DNA of 64,000 nucleotides from an uncultured Lachnospiraceae bacterium (GTDB lineage Bacteria; Bacillota; Clostridia; Lachnospirales; Lachnospiraceae): NCBI GenBank assembly GCA_947176065.1, contig CAMWPB010000002.1, positions 108,761 to 172,760 of the forward strand, read 5' to 3'. Shown piece by piece: positions 60,360 to 64,000 of this stretch (position 1 is its first letter; each line of letters starts with the position of its first letter). The notes under the pieces were generated by a model. It saw only the letters and a program-made list of their open reading frames with translations, ran no database searches and was not told where the DNA came from. The position numbers and the translations under genes were made by a program.

Positions 60360-62723
60360 ATGGACATTATTTTAAAATTGAAAGAAGAGCTACAGGTAGA
60401 AAAATGGCAGGTGGAGGCGGCGGTTTCCCTGATTGACGAGGGAAACACGATTCCCTTTATCGCCCGTTACCGAAAGGAGATGACAGGCTCCTTAAACGAT
60501 GAGGTTTTAAGAAATCTTCATGAGCGGCTTACTTATCTGCGTAATCTGGAGGAGAAAAAGGCACAGGTTATAAGCAGTATCGAGGAGCAGGGAAAGCTGA
60601 CCGATGAGCTGCGGGAGCGGATTGAGGCCGCCCAGACCATGGTGGTGGTGGATGATCTTTACCGTCCTTACCGGCCGAAGAGAAAGACCCGCGCGGGCGT
60701 GGCGAAGGAGAAGGGACTGGAGCCGCTTGCAGCGTTTATTCTGGCACAGGAGACGACAGCCCCGATTGAGGAGGAAGCGGCGAAGTACATCCACGAGGAT
60801 GAGGATGAAGCGAAGGCCGTGAAGACAGCGGAGGAAGCGCTGCAGGGGGCGAAAGATATTATCGCGGAACAGATTTCCGACGAGGCGGATTACCGCATCT
60901 ATATCCGCGACGTGACCATGAAGGAAGGAAAGATCGTAACCGCCGCCAGGGACGAAAAGGCGGAAAGCGTCTACGAGATGTATTATCAGTATGAAGAACC
61001 CGTCAACAAGGTGGCTGGACATCGGGTGCTGGCCATCAACAGAGGAGAGAGTGAAAAGTTCCTGACGGTGAAGGTTGAGGCGCCCGAAGAACGGATTCTG
61101 CAATTCCTGCGCACCAAAACCATAATAAATGACAATCATGTCACATCTCCGATTCTGGAGGAAGTAATCGCTGACAGTTATGACAGGCTGATTGCCCCGG
61201 CCATCGAGCGGGAGATCCGAAACGATCTCACCGAGAAGGCGGAGGACGGCGCGATTTCCGTTTTTGGAAAAAATCTGGAGCAGCTTTTGCTGCAGCCGCC
61301 CATCAAAGGCAAGGTGGTGCTTGGCTGGGATCCGGCCTTCCGCACGGGCTGTAAGCTGGCTGTGGTGGATGAGACGGGAAAAGTGCTGGACACGAAAGTG
61401 ATTTATCCCACCGCGCCCCAGAATAAGGTGGAGCAGGCCAAGACGGAGCTGAAAAAGCTGATAAAGAAATATCATGTTTCCCTGATCTCTGTGGGAAACG
61501 GGACGGCATCCAGAGAGTCAGAACAGGTCATTGTGGAGCTGATTAAGGAACTGGACACGCCGGTACAGTATGTGATTGTGAATGAGGCGGGCGCGTCCGT
61601 CTACTCCGCGAGTAAGCTGGCTACGGAGGAGTTCCCGGAGTTTGACGTGGGGCAGAGAAGCGCGGCTTCTATCGCCAGAAGACTGCAGGATCCGCTGGCG
61701 GAGCTTGTGAAGATCGATCCCAAATCCATCGGCGTCGGACAGTATCAGCATGATATGAACCAGAAAAAGCTGAGTGAGGCTCTTGGCGGCGTGGTGGAGG
61801 ACAGCGTGAACCGGGTCGGCGTGGATCTGAATACCGCTTCCGCGTCCCTGTTAGAGTATGTCTCCGGCGTGACCAAAGTGATCGCCAGAAACATTGTGGA
61901 CTATCGGGAGACAAACGGCCGCTTTACCAACAGAAAGCAGCTTCTCAAGGTGGCCAAGCTGGGGCCGAAGGCCTTTGAACAGTGCGCGGGCTTTATGCGG
62001 ATTGCGGACGGGGATAATCCGCTGGATGCGACCAGCGTTCATCCGGAATCCTACGAGGCGGCAGGGAAGCTGATGGAAAAGCTGGGACTTACCATGGAAG
62101 ATGTGAAGGAGGCCCAGAAAAAAGCGGCGGTGAAGAAACCGGCTCCTGTGAAGGAGAAAAAGCCCCGTCCGAAAAAACCTGTGATCCGCAATACCGACAC
62201 GGCCATGGGAAAAGCGCTGGCGGCAGCGCTGGGCGGCATGGATATGGCGGCGGAGGAAAATGACACAAGCGTCACAAACCCCGGTTCCGGCAGTTCCGGG
62301 CAGACCGCGGTAAGCAATCTGGCCAAGAGGGTCAAGGATAAGAAAAAGCTGGCTGAGGAGCTGGGAATCGGGGAAATCACCCTGATTGATATTCTGACGG
62401 AGCTGGAAAAACCGGCCCGCGATCCCAGAGACGACATGCCTGCGCCGATCCTCCGCAGCGACGTGCTGGATATGAAGGATTTAAAACCCGGCATGATCCT
62501 GAAGGGGACGGTCAGAAATGTAATTGATTTCGGTGTCTTCGTGGATATCGGCGTGCACCAGGACGGGCTGGTACATATCTCGCAGATCACGGACCGCTAT
62601 ATCAAACACCCGCTGGAGGCGGTCAGTGTGGGAGATATCGTGGATGTGCAGGTGCTCACTGTGGACGTGCCGAAGAAAAGAATAGGTCTCACTATGAAAA
62701 TCGGTAAATCCCTTCGGGATTAA
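60360..62723 (+). CDS. tex: Tex/YhgF RNA-binding transcriptional accessory protein
   Basis: GNTIPFIARYRKE, DPAFRTGCK, NEAGASVYSAS, IGVGQYQHD, C-terminal S1 domain. Confidence 0.96.
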   Translation: MDIILKLKEELQVEKWQVEAAVSLIDEGNTIPFIARYRKEMTGSLNDEVLRNLHERLTYLRNLEEKKAQVISSIEEQGKLTDELRERIEAAQTMVVVDDLYRPYRPKRKTRAGVAKEKGLEPLAAFILAQETTAPIEEEAAKYIHEDEDEAKAVKTAEEALQGAKDIIAEQISDEADYRIYIRDVTMKEGKIVTAARDEKAESVYEMYYQYEEPVNKVAGHRVLAINRGESEKFLTVKVEAPEERILQFLRTKTIINDNHVTSPILEEVIADSYDRLIAPAIEREIRNDLTEKAEDGAISVFGKNLEQLLLQPPIKGKVVLGWDPAFRTGCKLAVVDETGKVLDTKVIYPTAPQNKVEQAKTELKKLIKKYHVSLISVGNGTASRESEQVIVELIKELDTPVQYVIVNEAGASVYSASKLATEEFPEFDVGQRSAASIARRLQDPLAELVKIDPKSIGVGQYQHDMNQKKLSEALGGVVEDSVNRVGVDLNTASASLLEYVSGVTKVIARNIVDYRETNGRFTNRKQLLKVAKLGPKAFEQCAGFMRIADGDNPLDATSVHPESYEAAGKLMEKLGLTMEDVKEAQKKAAVKKPAPVKEKKPRPKKPVIRNTDTAMGKALAAALGGMDMAAEENDTSVTNPGSGSSGQTAVSNLAKRVKDKKKLAEELGIGEITLIDILTELEKPARDPRDDMPAPILRSDVLDMKDLKPGMILKGTVRNVIDFGVFVDIGVHQDGLVHISQITDRYIKHPLEAVSVGDIVDVQVLTVDVPKKRIGLTMKIGKSLRD

Positions 62724-62787
62724 CCGAGCGAGGACCGCTTTGCGGCCTCGGTAACACTATGTATTGCTGTAGAAAAGGAGTTTTGTC

Positions 62788-63705
62788 ATGCTTAAGTACA
62801 TTGTGAAGAGAATTTTGCTGGCGGTCGTGACGATCTGGGCGGTTGCCACACTCACCTTCTTCCTGATGAATCTGGTGCCCGGCGGCCCGTTTTTGTCGGA
62901 GAAGGCGATCAGCCCCCAGGCGCAGGCGGCTTTGGAGGCGAAGTACGGACTGGATAAGCCCATGTCCCAGCGCTATCTGAATTATATGGCAGGGGCGCTT
63001 CACGGGGATTTCGGGGACAGTCTGAAGCAGAGAGGACGTACCGTTATGTCGATTATCGCCATGAAATTTCCGGTGTCCGCCAGAGTCGGCGGGATATCCG
63101 TGCTGGTGGCGCTGGTTCTGGGAATCCCGCTCGGCAGCGTTGCCGCGTTGAAGCGGGGAAAACCGGCCGACAGCATCATAAGCGTAATCGCCACCTGCGG
63201 TATTGCGGTGCCCAGTTTCGTAATCTGTACGCTGCTCATGTATTTTCTCGGCGTTAAGCTGGGACTTTTACCCACGATGGGTCTGGAGAGCGCGAAGCAC
63301 TATGTGATGCCTGTGATCGCACTGTCCTTCTATCCCACGGCTTATATTATGCGGCTCATGCGCTCCTCCATGCTGGACGTGCTGGGACAGGACTATATGC
63401 GTACGGCCAGGGCCAAGGGACTGGCGGGAGGAAAAATTCTCTTTAAGCACGCGCTGCGCAATGCGATCCTGCCGGTAGTCACCTATGTGGGGCCGATGTT
63501 AGCCTACACCATTACGGGCAGCTTTGTGGTGGAGAAGATTTTCGTGATTCCGGGGCTTGGCGGAGAATTTATCAAGGCCATCAACGGGCGCGATTACACG
63601 CTGATTATGGGAACGACGATCTTTCTGGCAACCCTCGTTATCGTGATGAATGTGGTTGTGGATATCGTCTACAAGCTGGTTGACCCGAGAATCAAACTCA
63701 AGTGA
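62788..63705 (+). CDS. oppB: Oligopeptide ABC transporter permease
   Basis: PGGPF, DYMRTARAKGL (EAA motif), KHALRNA, RDYTLIMG. Confidence 0.92.
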   Translation: MLKYIVKRILLAVVTIWAVATLTFFLMNLVPGGPFLSEKAISPQAQAALEAKYGLDKPMSQRYLNYMAGALHGDFGDSLKQRGRTVMSIIAMKFPVSARVGGISVLVALVLGIPLGSVAALKRGKPADSIISVIATCGIAVPSFVICTLLMYFLGVKLGLLPTMGLESAKHYVMPVIALSFYPTAYIMRLMRSSMLDVLGQDYMRTARAKGLAGGKILFKHALRNAILPVVTYVGPMLAYTITGSFVVEKIFVIPGLGGEFIKAINGRDYTLIMGTTIFLATLVIVMNVVVDIVYKLVDPRIKLK

Positions 63706-63870
63706 TATCACAGGGTCATAATGACAATACTGCTCGTGCTTGCACGAAAGCAGTCATTGGCATTTATGACCCGCCAAACATGAGGAAGAAGCAAGTTATG
63801 CAGTCACTTAGCGGATTCCGAATGTTTGCAGGATTGCGGGAATTGCGCAGCAATGGAGCAATCCGTGATA
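63706..63870. repeat. Structured intergenic element sharing hairpin motifs with 52880..53046
   Basis: TATCAC/GTGATA ends; GGGTCATA/TATGACCC stem enclosing CGTGC-TT-GCACG; GGATTGC/GCAATCC stem enclosing ATTGC-GCA-GCAAT. Confidence 0.62.
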
Positions 63871-63902
63871 GCAGAAAATATGAGAGAAAGGCATGATTAA
63901 AC

Positions 63903-64000
63903 ATGAAAGAGAATCCCTTAAGTTTTCAGTTAAAACTCAAGCCGGAGGATTTTCTGCCGGCTACGGAGGAAGAGAAACAGAGTCAGGTCATCATGCGCGA
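63903..64000 (+). CDS. oppC: Oligopeptide ABC transporter permease OppC, 5' end only
   Basis: MKENPLSFQLKLKPEDFLPATEEEKQSQVIMR, following oppB; typical OppC cytoplasmic N-terminus, truncated by the window. Confidence 0.7.
   Translation, partial: MKENPLSFQLKLKPEDFLPATEEEKQSQVIMR

Overview
A 64-kb region from a motile, butyrate-producing Firmicute; gene content and style point to Lachnospiraceae (inference). Both flanks are housekeeping. Left: gatC(partial)-gatA-gatB. Right: guaB, IMP cyclohydrolase, AICAR transformylase, ptb-buk, secA, frameshifted prfB, tex, oppB-oppC(partial). Between them is a ~43-kb accessory zone with three parts. (1) A bipartite XaxA/XaxB (YaxAB/ClyA-superfamily)-like alpha-pore-forming toxin pair at 6223-8579. 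It is bracketed by two near-identical 1708-bp direct repeats, each an RBS plus an AAA-ATPase/PD-(D/E)XK nuclease gene, which differ mainly in one swapped 65-codon block. This is the best candidate for an undescribed system. (2) A ~35-kb glycosylation island that starts at a near-consensus sigma28/sigmaD promoter and has no visible flippase, polymerase or priming transferase. It encodes CDP-3,6-dideoxysugar plus YerE-like enzymes, NeuB/NeuC, two CDP-alditol modules, LicD and many tailoring enzymes. Nine of its proteins share a small Rossmann-like module. (3) A 1713-aa giant flagellin with about 11 internal repeats inserted at an atypical position, followed by a dGTPase. Other features are several long stem-loop intergenic elements, two of which share hairpin motifs, and a prfB frameshift site that uses UAA rather than UGA. 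Family assignments come from motif recognition by eye, with no database searches.
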